Assembly (NCBI GenBank): GCA_964470695.1
Contig: CAYYDR010000002.1
Span: forward strand, 266,401-313,167
Reading direction: 5' to 3'
Origin: an uncultured Gammaproteobacteria bacterium
GTDB taxonomy: Bacteria; Patescibacteriota; Patescibacteriia; Patescibacteriales; UBA12465
Length of the DNA: 46,767 nt
In this document: positions 8,210 to 16,782 of the stretch, one piece after another
How positions within the stretch are numbered: the first letter of the stretch is position 1
Layout of the letters: each line of letters opens with the position of its first letter
Made by a program: the position numbers and the translations under genes
The notes under the pieces: model-generated
Told to the model about the DNA's origin: nothing
Seen by the model: the letters and a program-made list of their open reading frames with translations, nothing else
The model's database searches: none

Positions 8210-8623
8210 ATGGATTACAGAAAACTCAGTACTAAGCGTTTTTGGGGGCATGCCTTATCCTTTTTGTTTATTTGGATGCCAATATTCCCGGTTTTGCTTT
8301 TAGATCTCTGCGTTGAAGTTTACCAGCAAATTTGTTTCCCGATTTATGGCTTGGAAATGGTTAAGCGTTCAGCTTATATTCAGATTCGCGATCGCGCTAA
8401 ACTCCAGTATTTGAATGGTTTAGAAAAGATTAATTGTATGTACTGCGGTTATGTTAACGGCGTTCTTCTTTATTGGAAAGAAGTGGCTGGTCGGACAGAA
8501 AAATATTGGTGTGGCATTATGCATGCCCAGAAGCCTGGTTTTCAGACTCATCAGGATCAGGTCGTAAAGGAGTATGCCCGTTATGGCGATGAGAAGGATT
8601 TTCATAATAAATTTGACGCTTAA
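8210..8623 (+). CDS. hypothetical membrane-anchored protein with Cys/His cluster
   Basis: 137 aa, one hydrophobic N-terminal segment, CMYCGYVNG...YWCGIMH. Confidence 0.45.
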   Translation: MDYRKLSTKRFWGHALSFLFIWMPIFPVLLLDLCVEVYQQICFPIYGLEMVKRSAYIQIRDRAKLQYLNGLEKINCMYCGYVNGVLLYWKEVAGRTEKYWCGIMHAQKPGFQTHQDQVVKEYARYGDEKDFHNKFDA

Positions 8624-8645
8624 AATGGTCTTTAATTTTTAGATT

Positions 8646-9251
8646 ATGTTTGATTTAGTTTCTTTTATTCAGGCTATCGGTTATATTGGTGTCTTCGGTG
8701 TTATATATGCTGAATCCGGCCTTTTGGTCGGTTTTTTCTTGCCCGGAGATAGCTTGTTATTTACCGCTGGCTTTTTAGCTTCCCGCGGTTTTTTAGATAT
8801 ATATTTATTAATAGTCCTTACTTTTTTAGGCGCGGTGCTCGGTGATAGCACCGGTTATTGGTTTGGCGAGAAGGTCGGCCCAAAAATTTTTACCAAAGAT
8901 GATTCTTTATTTTTTAAAAAAGATAATGTCCATAAGGCTGAAGAATTTTTTAAAAAGCATGGCTCTAAGACTATTATTTTAGCGCGCTTTGTTCCGGTCG
9001 TCCGGACTTTCGTACCGATTTTAGCCGGGGTCGGCACAATGTCTTATCGTAAGTTTTTGACCTATAACTTAATCGGCGGCGCTATTTGGGGCATAGGCCT
9101 GCCTTTGTCCGGTTATTTCTTAGGTAATTTAATTCCCGGAGTTGACCGCTATCTTTTGCCGATTATTGCTTTGATAATAATAATATCCATTTCGCCCAGT
9201 TTCTCTCATATTTATAAGGCTTGGCGCGATCGGAAGGCTAGTCGTAAATAA
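8646..9251 (+). CDS. DedA family membrane protein
   Basis: GYIGVFGVIYAESGLLVGFFLPGDSLLFTAGFLA and ILARFVPVVRTFVPILAGV are hallmark DedA blocks. Confidence 0.85.
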   Translation: MFDLVSFIQAIGYIGVFGVIYAESGLLVGFFLPGDSLLFTAGFLASRGFLDIYLLIVLTFLGAVLGDSTGYWFGEKVGPKIFTKDDSLFFKKDNVHKAEEFFKKHGSKTIILARFVPVVRTFVPILAGVGTMSYRKFLTYNLIGGAIWGIGLPLSGYFLGNLIPGVDRYLLPIIALIIIISISPSFSHIYKAWRDRKASRK

Positions 9252-9274
9252 TAGTTAATAATTATTATAATTAT

Positions 9275-9299
9275 AAAAACCGCTCTTAAGCGGTTTTTT
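9275..9299. terminator. bidirectional intrinsic terminator between convergent DedA genes
   Basis: AAAAACCGCT-ctta-AGCGGTTTTT: a 10-bp stem and 4-nt loop, with an A-run on one side and a T-run on the other. Confidence 0.8.
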
Positions 9300-9335
9300 G
9301 TATGAAAAAAGGCCTTTTGATAAGGAACTTTTTAC

Positions 9336-10148
9336 CTAAAATAAGTCAATGATAACTGTTAAAAGGTAAAGACTGATAAGGAGGGCTGTCCCTAGGAATA
9401 TCCAGCCCAGTCTTTCCTGGCTAGTTTTGGTATGAGCTAGTTCAGCCGCCACTGGATGATGGGCCTGAAAACTCTGGAGGCGAGGACTGGCCAGCACTTT
9501 CTGATTAATTTTAAGGCTTTGCGCCTTTAAGTCTTGATGTAGTTTATGGCCCCTCTTATGCTTTATAAACCAGTAAACCAGGGCGATTACCGCTAGTATA
9601 AATAAAACCCAGCCAACACGATGCGACCAGCGCTTAATGATAATCGCAATGATGTTACCGGAAAAATAACCGAGTAGGGCGTCAACCGTGGCCCAGATAA
9701 TGGCGCCAATAACATTCCAGAGCAGAAAAGACCGCTGTCTCATTTTAGAAGCTCCCGCTACGAAAGGAACGATAGCGCGCATGGGCCCGATAAAGCGGCC
9801 CCAGAGCACGCTTTTATTTCCGTATTTAACAAAGAAGGCTCGGCTGCTAGCCATTAGTTCGGGTTTTATAATTTTCTTGTCTTCTAGCCAGGGAGCGCCG
9901 CGCCGTCCTAATAGATAGCTTAAATAATCGCCAATAATCGCGCCTATCGCTGCGAAAATAATAATATCAACGATGGAAAAATAGCCCTGAGCGGCTAAAA
10001 GCCCTCCGATGTAAATGAGGGTGCCGCCCGGGAAAAAGCCGCCAATGAAGGGGAAACATTCAATAACAGCGATAAATAAAAAGAGCCAGTTGCCTAGCCA
10101 GCCGAATTTGCTTAAGATGGCGAAGAGAAAGTTAAATATATAATCCAT
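9336..10148 (-). CDS. DedA family membrane protein with C-terminal extension
   Basis: ECFPFIGGFFPGGTLIYIGGLLAAQG and VLWGRFIGPMRAIVPFVAGASKM, plus about 90 extra C-terminal residues with a terminal TM helix. Confidence 0.8.
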   Translation of the reverse strand: MDYIFNFLFAILSKFGWLGNWLFLFIAVIECFPFIGGFFPGGTLIYIGGLLAAQGYFSIVDIIIFAAIGAIIGDYLSYLLGRRGAPWLEDKKIIKPELMASSRAFFVKYGNKSVLWGRFIGPMRAIVPFVAGASKMRQRSFLLWNVIGAIIWATVDALLGYFSGNIIAIIIKRWSHRVGWVLFILAVIALVYWFIKHKRGHKLHQDLKAQSLKINQKVLASPRLQSFQAHHPVAAELAHTKTSQERLGWIFLGTALLISLYLLTVIIDLF

Positions 10149-10155
10149 ACCAATG

Positions 10156-10164
10156 ATTATAGCA
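10156..10164 (-). promoter_or_regulatory. extended -10 TGcTATAAT, 7 nt before start codon at 10148
   Basis: Reverse complement of 10156..10164 is TGCTATAAT. No SD. Confidence 0.5.
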
Positions 10165-10209
10165 GATTGGCCGTCTGGGGGCGAGTTGTCTGTGTTTTTT
10201 AGGATAAAA

Positions 10210-10218
10210 TGTTATAAT
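10210..10218 (+). promoter_or_regulatory. extended -10 TGtTATAAT, 6 nt before ATG 10225
   Basis: Exact TGnTATAAT match. Head of the flippase/GT4/GT2 operon. Confidence 0.5.
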
Positions 10219-10224
10219 ATTATT

Positions 10225-11520
10225 ATGTTTAATTGGCTTTTTTCTAAAATACAAAAACTGGCTCCCGAACGGTGGCGCTGGATTTTTGATCACGCCGGTT
10301 TTCGGCGCTACTCCAAAAATACCAGCTGGTTATTCTTCGGCCAGATTTTTTCTCTACTAATCTCTTTTTTCATTGGCGTTTGGCTGGCCCGTTATCTCGG
10401 CCCAGAGCAATATGGCATTGCTAGTTATGTGGTTGCTTTTGTCGGCCTATTTAGTTTTATCGCCTACTTAGGTGTTGATGGGATATTAAGTCGCGAGTTA
10501 GTGAGTCATCCTGAATCGCGTGACACCTTGCTAGGGACGAGTTTCCGCTTAAAGTTAATCGGCGGATTGTTAGCCTTTGTAACTGCTAGTTTAGCGACTT
10601 TCTTAATTAAAACCGACCCCTTTATTCGTGGTTTAATTTTTTTGTACGCGAGCAGTTTTATTTTTCAGTCGGTCAATGTCGTCTCTATATTTTTCCAAGC
10701 GCGGGTGGAGGCTCATTTTAGCGTTAAAGCTCAATTAGCCGCCGCCATCATTTCCGCTTTCTTCAAGATTATTTTAATTGTTTTTGGTTTGAATTTAGTC
10801 TGGCTGATTTTGATTTACGTTGTAGATGTTATTGTCCAGGGTCTTGCACTGCTTTTTGCTTATCAGGCGAGCGGACGGACTCACCGTGCTTGGCGCTTTG
10901 ATAATAAATTAGCTAAGGAAATACGGCAGGGAGCTTGGCCCCTGATGCTGTCTTCTGCGGCCGCTTTTGTTTATCTGCGTATAGACCAGGTAATGGTAGG
11001 AAAAATGATGGGCGAAACAGCCGTGGGAATTTACGCGGCGGGCGTTAAGGTAACAGAGGTATTTTATTTTTTGCCGGGGATAATCTGCGGTTCTCTTTTT
11101 CCGGCTATAGTCAACGCCAGAAAAATCAGCTTAGACTTATATTATCGCCGCCTAAAAAATTTTTATATATTATTAGGCAGCCTAGGTTTGGCCGTGGCCA
11201 TCCCAGTAGTCATATTAGCTAAGCCGCTTATTGCCATTATTTTTGGGGCAGAATATTTAAGTGCTGTGCCGGTTTTACAGATTTATATTTGGTCCAGCCC
11301 AGGTTTATTTTTAGGAGCGGCCGTAGTACAGCAGCTAATGACCGAAAATAGGACTAAGACTATTTTCATGATTAACTTTGCCGCCATGGTTGTTAATGTA
11401 GTTCTTAATTTAATTTTTATTCCTAAGTTTGGTTTAACCGGCGCGGCTTTATCCACTCTAGTCGCCTATTTTGTCGCTCCAGTAGCTATTTTATTTATTC
11501 ATAAGTCTTCTCGTAATTAG
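10225..11520 (+). CDS. polysaccharide/oligosaccharide flippase (Wzx-like, MOP superfamily)
   Basis: About 430 aa with 12-14 predicted TM helices and a typical polysaccharide-biosynthesis-protein layout. ATG 10225 is preferred because the track start 10153 would run into the divergent gene's promoter. Confidence 0.75.
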   Translation: MFNWLFSKIQKLAPERWRWIFDHAGFRRYSKNTSWLFFGQIFSLLISFFIGVWLARYLGPEQYGIASYVVAFVGLFSFIAYLGVDGILSRELVSHPESRDTLLGTSFRLKLIGGLLAFVTASLATFLIKTDPFIRGLIFLYASSFIFQSVNVVSIFFQARVEAHFSVKAQLAAAIISAFFKIILIVFGLNLVWLILIYVVDVIVQGLALLFAYQASGRTHRAWRFDNKLAKEIRQGAWPLMLSSAAAFVYLRIDQVMVGKMMGETAVGIYAAGVKVTEVFYFLPGIICGSLFPAIVNARKISLDLYYRRLKNFYILLGSLGLAVAIPVVILAKPLIAIIFGAEYLSAVPVLQIYIWSSPGLFLGAAVVQQLMTENRTKTIFMINFAAMVVNVVLNLIFIPKFGLTGAALSTLVAYFVAPVAILFIHKSSRN

Positions 11521-11523
11521 AGT

Positions 11524-12615
11524 ATGAAGATTCTTTTGGTTATAACTAAGGCGGAAATAGGCGGGGCGCAGGCCTTTGTCCTGAATTTGGCGCGCGGATT
11601 AGCTAAAAGCGGTCTCCAGGTGGCGGTGGCCGCTGGCGAGGGCGGATTTTTATCTGAAGAGTTAATTAAGGCCAAGATTGATTTTTTTCGCCTTAAGAGT
11701 TTAAAGAGAAGCCATAATCCTTTTTTCGTTTTCCGCTTTATTAAAGAACTGACTAAGCTGATAGATAAGGAAGAATTTGACGTACTCCATCTTAATAGTA
11801 CTAATACTTTGCCGGGCGTTTTAGCGGCCCGTTTAGCCAAGCGCCAGCCGAGAACGGTTTTTACGGTACATGGCCTTTCCGTATTAGACCCGAAGTACGA
11901 CGCTCCTCGTTTTTTGCGCTCCTCCTTTAGGGCTTATTTTCGTTTCTTTTTCCGCTATACTGATAAGATTGTTTTTGTTAGCCGCTATAATTTAGTAGAG
12001 GCGACTAAGCAAGAAATTACGGATCAGGGCTCGGTTATTTATAACGGCCTGGAAATAGCGCCTGATTATTTTTTGCCTCCCGTCTTAGCCAGGCAAGAAT
12101 TAAGTCGTTTAGTCGGCCAGGATTTAGGGCAGAGTTTTCTTATCGGTTCCGTCGGCCGGCTAGCTGTCCAAAAGAATTATGGCTGGCTGATAAAGATGTG
12201 GCCGGAAATCAAAAAGGTTAGGCCCGAGGCCAAGCTTATAATATTAGGCGAAGGGCCGGAAGGTAAAAGATATAGGCGTTTAATAAAAAAACTAGGCTTT
12301 ATTAATGACATCTTTTTGCCTGGAGAAATAAAAGACGCCAGTCGTTATTTAAAAGGCTTAAACCTTTTTGTTTTGCCCTCTGTTTATGAGGGGTTGTCCA
12401 TATCTTTAATTGAGGCTTCCGCGGCCGATATTTCGGTTTGCGCGAGTGATGTGGGCGGCAATAAGGAGGTGATTGGCGCGGAAAATTGTTTTGCCCTTGA
12501 TAATACCGCTGAATTTTTAGCCAAGATAGGCCAGGAGCCAGTCGTCAATATTAGCCGATCCTTGTTCACAGCGGTTAGCATGGTTAAGAAATATCATGAT
12601 ATTTATGAAGTTTAG
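11524..12615 (+). CDS. glycosyltransferase family 4
   Basis: MKILLVITKAEIGGAQ N-terminus and C-terminal LPSVYEGLSISLIEASAA (the E-x7-E region of GT4). Confidence 0.85.
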   Translation: MKILLVITKAEIGGAQAFVLNLARGLAKSGLQVAVAAGEGGFLSEELIKAKIDFFRLKSLKRSHNPFFVFRFIKELTKLIDKEEFDVLHLNSTNTLPGVLAARLAKRQPRTVFTVHGLSVLDPKYDAPRFLRSSFRAYFRFFFRYTDKIVFVSRYNLVEATKQEITDQGSVIYNGLEIAPDYFLPPVLARQELSRLVGQDLGQSFLIGSVGRLAVQKNYGWLIKMWPEIKKVRPEAKLIILGEGPEGKRYRRLIKKLGFINDIFLPGEIKDASRYLKGLNLFVLPSVYEGLSISLIEASAADISVCASDVGGNKEVIGAENCFALDNTAEFLAKIGQEPVVNISRSLFTAVSMVKKYHDIYEV

Positions 12616-13522
12616 CCTAGTCATTCCCACTTATAATCGCCCCGCCGATTTAGATAGGTGTCTACATTCTATTTATGAGCAGACGGCAGCGCCGGCGGAA
12701 ATTATTGTTATTGATGACGCGGATTTGTCGGAGGCTTTCATTAATGCTTGGCAGGATAAGCTAAAAAGTAAAAATTTGGCCTTAATTTATTATAAAAAAA
12801 ATCACGCCTTGGAAAGAAGGGGCCTAGCCGAATCAAAAAACAAAGCCTTAGAACTAGTTAACCAAGAAATATTTTTTATTTTAGATGATGATGTTGTTTT
12901 AGAACCAAATTTTTGTGAGCTGATAATGAGAGTTTGGGAAGATAAAAAAGCTGATCCTCAATTGGTCGGCGTGGGCGGTATTATTAAGAACCGCCGCCGC
13001 CGTCTGGCTCTAGAAAAATACTGGCAGGCTTTTTTTGGCTTGAGCTCTAAGTATGCTTGGGATGTTAATGGGGCGGGCTTTCAGGTTTGGGACGAGGAAA
13101 TTAAAAATCAATCTTTGGGTTATTACGCGCACGGTGGAGTTTGCTCTTACCGGCTAAAGAAAGCCAAAGAGCTTAGGTTTTCTGTTTTTTCAGGCGGGCG
13201 TACTGCCCTAGAAGATGTGGATTTTTGCGCGCGTGCTAAACAGCGAGATTATTATTTTATTGTTGAGCCAGCCGCCCAATTGTCTCACTATCATAGCGCT
13301 TCCGGCCGGGAAGAGCAGTTGCTCATGGGCTATAAGGAAGGAGCTAATCGCCGGACCATATTTTTAACGTTAAATAAAAAACCAAAGCTGGCTTTATGGC
13401 TTTGGTTCTATTGGGCTAGCCTAGGCTGGATGCTGCGATCCTTTCTGGTCGGTAATTTTTCTAAAGGCTTCGGTCTGTTTAAAGGATTTTTAGCTAGTCA
13501 AAAAGGGCGCGATAATTTTTAA
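12596..13522 (+). CDS. glycosyltransferase family 2
   Basis: FSLVIPTYNRPADLDRCLHSIYEQT...IIVIDDA and ILDDDVV (DxD). An alternative start is at 12605. Confidence 0.85.
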   Translation: MIFMKFSLVIPTYNRPADLDRCLHSIYEQTAAPAEIIVIDDADLSEAFINAWQDKLKSKNLALIYYKKNHALERRGLAESKNKALELVNQEIFFILDDDVVLEPNFCELIMRVWEDKKADPQLVGVGGIIKNRRRRLALEKYWQAFFGLSSKYAWDVNGAGFQVWDEEIKNQSLGYYAHGGVCSYRLKKAKELRFSVFSGGRTALEDVDFCARAKQRDYYFIVEPAAQLSHYHSASGREEQLLMGYKEGANRRTIFLTLNKKPKLALWLWFYWASLGWMLRSFLVGNFSKGFGLFKGFLASQKGRDNF

Positions 13523-14381
13523 GTTTTTGGTATTCTTCGGTTTGGCGGAAGGTTGATAGTGACCTTCTGTTTTTTATTGTCTTAAGTTTGTCTATTAAGG
13601 AGTAAATTATTTTTTTAATAAAATCGGGCAGGAGTGATAGTAAGAGATTATAATAATAATGTTTTTTCCAGAATAGGATTAAAGCGTCAAGCTCGGAATA
13701 TTTTCCCCGGGCAACCAAAAATAAATCAAGCGCATTTTTATAACGGGCTTTCATGATGAGGCTGTCTTTTAGTCCTGATAAAGTGGCCGCGCTTGAATTC
13801 ATAATAGTGAGTATTTCCGCGATATGGCGCGATTCCTGGTTATTTATTTGCCCCTCGCCCTTAAGAATCGCTAGCCGAGCCGCAAGCAGGCCGTCTTCTA
13901 TGCCTAAATATTTTTTATTTTCTTCAGGTAGCGGGAAAATAGAGGGAGTAACTAGGCGGTTAAATATGAGGCAAGAAAAATTACCGCCGTTTATTTTATC
14001 AAAACTTTGCTTAGTCTGATTATAGACAATAGCCTGGCAGGAAGAAATTTTAGCCCCTTCGGCCATAACTTTTACTTGGCGGCTTAGTTTATCGCTTAGC
14101 CAAATATCATCATGTTCTAAAATAGCGATGTAATCACCGCTCGCCTCTTTAACTCCTAGGTTAAGAGCGGCGGCTAGCCCTAAATTATTCTTTTGTTCTA
14201 TTAACTTAAAGCGCTGGTCGCATTTAATAAAGTTATTTATTAAATCGGCCGAGTTATCGGTTGAGCCATCATCTATAATCAAAGCTTCCCAATCTGGGTA
14301 GTTTTGTCGGAGTAAGCTAGGTAGGGAATACTTTAGAAGCAGTTTGGCTCCGTTATAAGTGGGAATAATAACAGAAATCAT
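13494..14381 (-). CDS. glycosyltransferase family 2
   Basis: MISVIIPTYNGAKLL...ALIIDDGSTDNS and ILEHDDIW. Confidence 0.85.
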   Translation of the reverse strand: MISVIIPTYNGAKLLLKYSLPSLLRQNYPDWEALIIDDGSTDNSADLINNFIKCDQRFKLIEQKNNLGLAAALNLGVKEASGDYIAILEHDDIWLSDKLSRQVKVMAEGAKISSCQAIVYNQTKQSFDKINGGNFSCLIFNRLVTPSIFPLPEENKKYLGIEDGLLAARLAILKGEGQINNQESRHIAEILTIMNSSAATLSGLKDSLIMKARYKNALDLFLVARGKYSELDALILFWKKHYYYNLLLSLLPDFIKKIIYSLIDKLKTIKNRRSLSTFRQTEEYQKLKNYRALFD

Positions 14382-15163
14382 TTTTGTAAATATTTATTAG
14401 TCCAGATTTTGTTAATCCCGGGCAGTATCTGCCATAATTTAACTTGCTTAGGCGAGTTATTTTTTAAGCGGCGGCGATAGGCCTGGTATTTGGCGCTAAA
14501 ATATAGTACGCGTCCCCAGATTTTTTTGACTCCGTAGTTGGAGACAGAGGAGGGGTTGAGGCGGTAGTAGTATAAGACTTCATTAATAAATAATGGCTCA
14601 GTCACTTCTTCTAATTTATAGAAAAGATCTTTATCTTCGGCGCAGCGATTAAAAAAAAGATTATAGCCCGCAGTTTGCAAATAGACGGATTTTTTGAAAG
14701 TAAAGAAATGGCTGATGACATTGTCAATTAAATTGCTAGAATTTGGGGCAATATTCCGGTTATTAGCCATTGTTTTTGGTTTTAACTTTTCATCGCAGAT
14801 CATCATTTGGGAATAAATAAGTCCGGATTGGTGAGCGTAATGGGCCTGTATCATGGTTGCCACGGCTTTAATGTCTAAAACATCGTCGCTATCAATGACG
14901 CCGATTATTTCATTTCGGCTAGCTTGAACGGCCTGTATTCTGGTTCCAACTATGCCCAGGCGGATGGGATTAATAATTAATTTTATTCGGGCATCGCTTA
15001 AATATTTTTTTATTATTTCTTGCGAGCCGTCGTTTGAGCCGTCATCAATAATAATTAACTCCCAATTTTTGTTAGTTTGATTCAAAACCGAATCAATCGC
15101 TGCCGCGATGTAAGGGGCGCGGTTGTAATTTACCATCATTAAAGAAATAGCGGTTTCGTTCAT
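14378..15163 (-). CDS. glycosyltransferase family 2
   Basis: SLMMVNYNRAPYIAAAIDSVLNQT..LIIIDDGSNDGS and VIDSDDV. Confidence 0.85.
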   Translation of the reverse strand: MNETAISLMMVNYNRAPYIAAAIDSVLNQTNKNWELIIIDDGSNDGSQEIIKKYLSDARIKLIINPIRLGIVGTRIQAVQASRNEIIGVIDSDDVLDIKAVATMIQAHYAHQSGLIYSQMMICDEKLKPKTMANNRNIAPNSSNLIDNVISHFFTFKKSVYLQTAGYNLFFNRCAEDKDLFYKLEEVTEPLFINEVLYYYRLNPSSVSNYGVKKIWGRVLYFSAKYQAYRRRLKNNSPKQVKLWQILPGINKIWTNKYLQK

Positions 15164-16050
15164 ATTTTTAGCCAGTTGTCTGGCAATAAATCGGTCGTTT
15201 CTATCTGGGGATTTACTAGCCAGCGTTTTGGGGCGATAACTATTTTATTCGGATTATCGTTAAGCCAGGCTCCCCACCAGGAGAAGGTGCTGTTAGCGAT
15301 AATATTATGCCAGCATAAACTCATTAAATATAAATCTTGATAGTTTTCTCGCTCCGCCATAAAAATCATTTCGGCTTTTAAGTGCAGATTATTCTTGCAC
15401 CAGTTAATGTCATCAGAAAAAATGAAAAAAATAGGATTGGTTAACTTGGTTTGGATTAATTTAGCGGCTCGTTCGTAGTAATCCAAATCGCAGAGGCCAT
15501 GAAATTTTTTAACAGCGTCTAGGCGGGCATAATCGCCCCGCCTAATATGGACGGACACGGATTGGCTAGCCTTAATTTTTTCTATCAGTTCTGGCGGCAG
15601 AGTGGAGCGGTATATTTCTTTTAATTTAAAATCAGCCCTAATTAAATCGGCGATATCCTCAAAATATTTACTGGTATTAAAATAACCATCGTAAGCTAAA
15701 TCATCACCGCTATTTAGGAGCTCGGGATTAAAGCAGAATTCTTTAGTTTCTTTTACTATTGGCAGGTTGGTTTTATTTAATTTTTTGACCCTGTCATCAA
15801 GTAAAAAATATTTTAAGTCGTATTGCCGTTTATCTTGTTTGATTTCCATCAGGGCTTTTCTGAGGCCGTCCTTAGTAAATAAGCCCTTGAGTAGCAGCCA
15901 GCTATTTTTTAAGGCGCGCCGACTCGCCCCCTTTTTATAAAAAGAAAGTTCTAGACCTAAATTGGTCTGGTGTTGCTTAGCTAATTTTTTACCGAGAGCG
16001 TATTGGAACATTTGATTGCCCAGCCCGCCCATTAATTTTATGACTATCAT
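15160..16050 (-). CDS. alpha-1,2-fucosyltransferase-like glycosyltransferase family 11
   Basis: N-terminal MGGLGNQMFQYALGKKLA, the HIRRGDY motif and a C-terminal STFSWWGAWL block are diagnostic of GT11. Confidence 0.8.
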   Translation of the reverse strand: MIVIKLMGGLGNQMFQYALGKKLAKQHQTNLGLELSFYKKGASRRALKNSWLLLKGLFTKDGLRKALMEIKQDKRQYDLKYFLLDDRVKKLNKTNLPIVKETKEFCFNPELLNSGDDLAYDGYFNTSKYFEDIADLIRADFKLKEIYRSTLPPELIEKIKASQSVSVHIRRGDYARLDAVKKFHGLCDLDYYERAAKLIQTKLTNPIFFIFSDDINWCKNNLHLKAEMIFMAERENYQDLYLMSLCWHNIIANSTFSWWGAWLNDNPNKIVIAPKRWLVNPQIETTDLLPDNWLKI

Positions 16051-16778
16051 TTATTTTTTATAAACCAGAAACAGCCGCAGCCATATTTTTCTTGAGCCGC
16101 TAGAGCAGGGTTAGCGTTAGTAATCATTTTTTTATTATTTTCTGATATCAGCGTGAATTCTTTCAGTTCTAGTTCAGAAAAATAAGCGAGAATTTGTTCA
16201 TAAGAGTAAATACGATGAGCGTTAAACATCAGGCGCGGCTGGCCGACTGGAACGGCAAATAAAAGACTGCCGCCCGGAGCTAAAACCCTAGTTAATTCTT
16301 TAATAGCTTTGAGGTCGCCGCGAGAATCAATTTTGTCGCCATAGCGCCCTAAGCCGATATGCTCAACAGTGTGCAGACAAGAGAGTGAGAGGATGGAATT
16401 ATCGGCGAAGGGAAGCGCCGTCAGATCGGCCGCTTCGCTGGAAAAATTAGATAACTCTAAATGAGCGGGGCGGTAGTCGTAGAATTTTGTTTTTATAAAA
16501 GCCGAGAGAATGGTTGAAAAAGGCAGCGAGGAGGAGATATCAATGTGCTCCGCTGGCTGATTGGCGGCGATAATTCTAGCCGCCCAGGCCGGGTGGTATA
16601 TGTAATGCAAGTCAAAGTCAGTTTGACTAGTCTTGTCGCCTAGGCGCGGCATAAGATGGCGGAGTCGCAACGGGAAGCGGCCGTCGTTAACGGTTTGGAA
16701 TTTTAAAATATCGCTTATGATGAGGCTGGATTTTAAAATGGCTCCCAGCTTCCTGAATATTTTTTTGATTTTTAACAT
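16047..16778 (-). CDS. class I SAM-dependent methyltransferase (DUF268-like)
   Basis: LSCLHTVEHIGLGRYGDKIDSRGD..LAPGGSLLFAVPVG. Embedded in the glycan operon. Confidence 0.6.
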   Translation of the reverse strand: MLKIKKIFRKLGAILKSSLIISDILKFQTVNDGRFPLRLRHLMPRLGDKTSQTDFDLHYIYHPAWAARIIAANQPAEHIDISSSLPFSTILSAFIKTKFYDYRPAHLELSNFSSEAADLTALPFADNSILSLSCLHTVEHIGLGRYGDKIDSRGDLKAIKELTRVLAPGGSLLFAVPVGQPRLMFNAHRIYSYEQILAYFSELELKEFTLISENNKKMITNANPALAAQEKYGCGCFWFIKNK

Positions 16779-16782
16779 TGAA

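Noticed and set aside
9307-9318. AAAAGGCCTTTT palindrome as a second terminator for the minus-strand DedA gene.
   Set aside because: A 12-nt perfect palindrome leaves no loop. The adjacent 9275..9299 hairpin already provides a proper bidirectional terminator.
10153-10224. Long N-terminal extensions given by the track for several genes (10153, 20615, 31114, 33996, 38789, 41846, 7641, 4762).
   Set aside because: The extensions use non-ATG or upstream starts that overlap the neighbouring gene or its promoter, and they add residues atypical of the family. Internal ATGs (10225, 20654, 31189, 34014, 38834, 41861, 7689, 4771) give canonical N-termini (signal peptide, CxFC of HIT, MISFLRG of RuvA) or ATGA coupling.
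11517-11840. 107-aa antisense ORF. The same applies to similar track ORFs: 1340..1588, 1816..2100, 2158..2349, 4896..5162, 5415..5705, 5931..6203, 5971..6153, 26068..26323, 26505..26777, 27259..27495, 35572..37806 (several), 38098..38594, 39328..39673, 45342..45677 and 46187..46423.
   Set aside because: Each lies entirely inside, or antisense to, a long ORF with clear family motifs. Their products are low-complexity (Ser/Pro/Arg/Leu-rich) with no motifs, so they are shadow ORFs.
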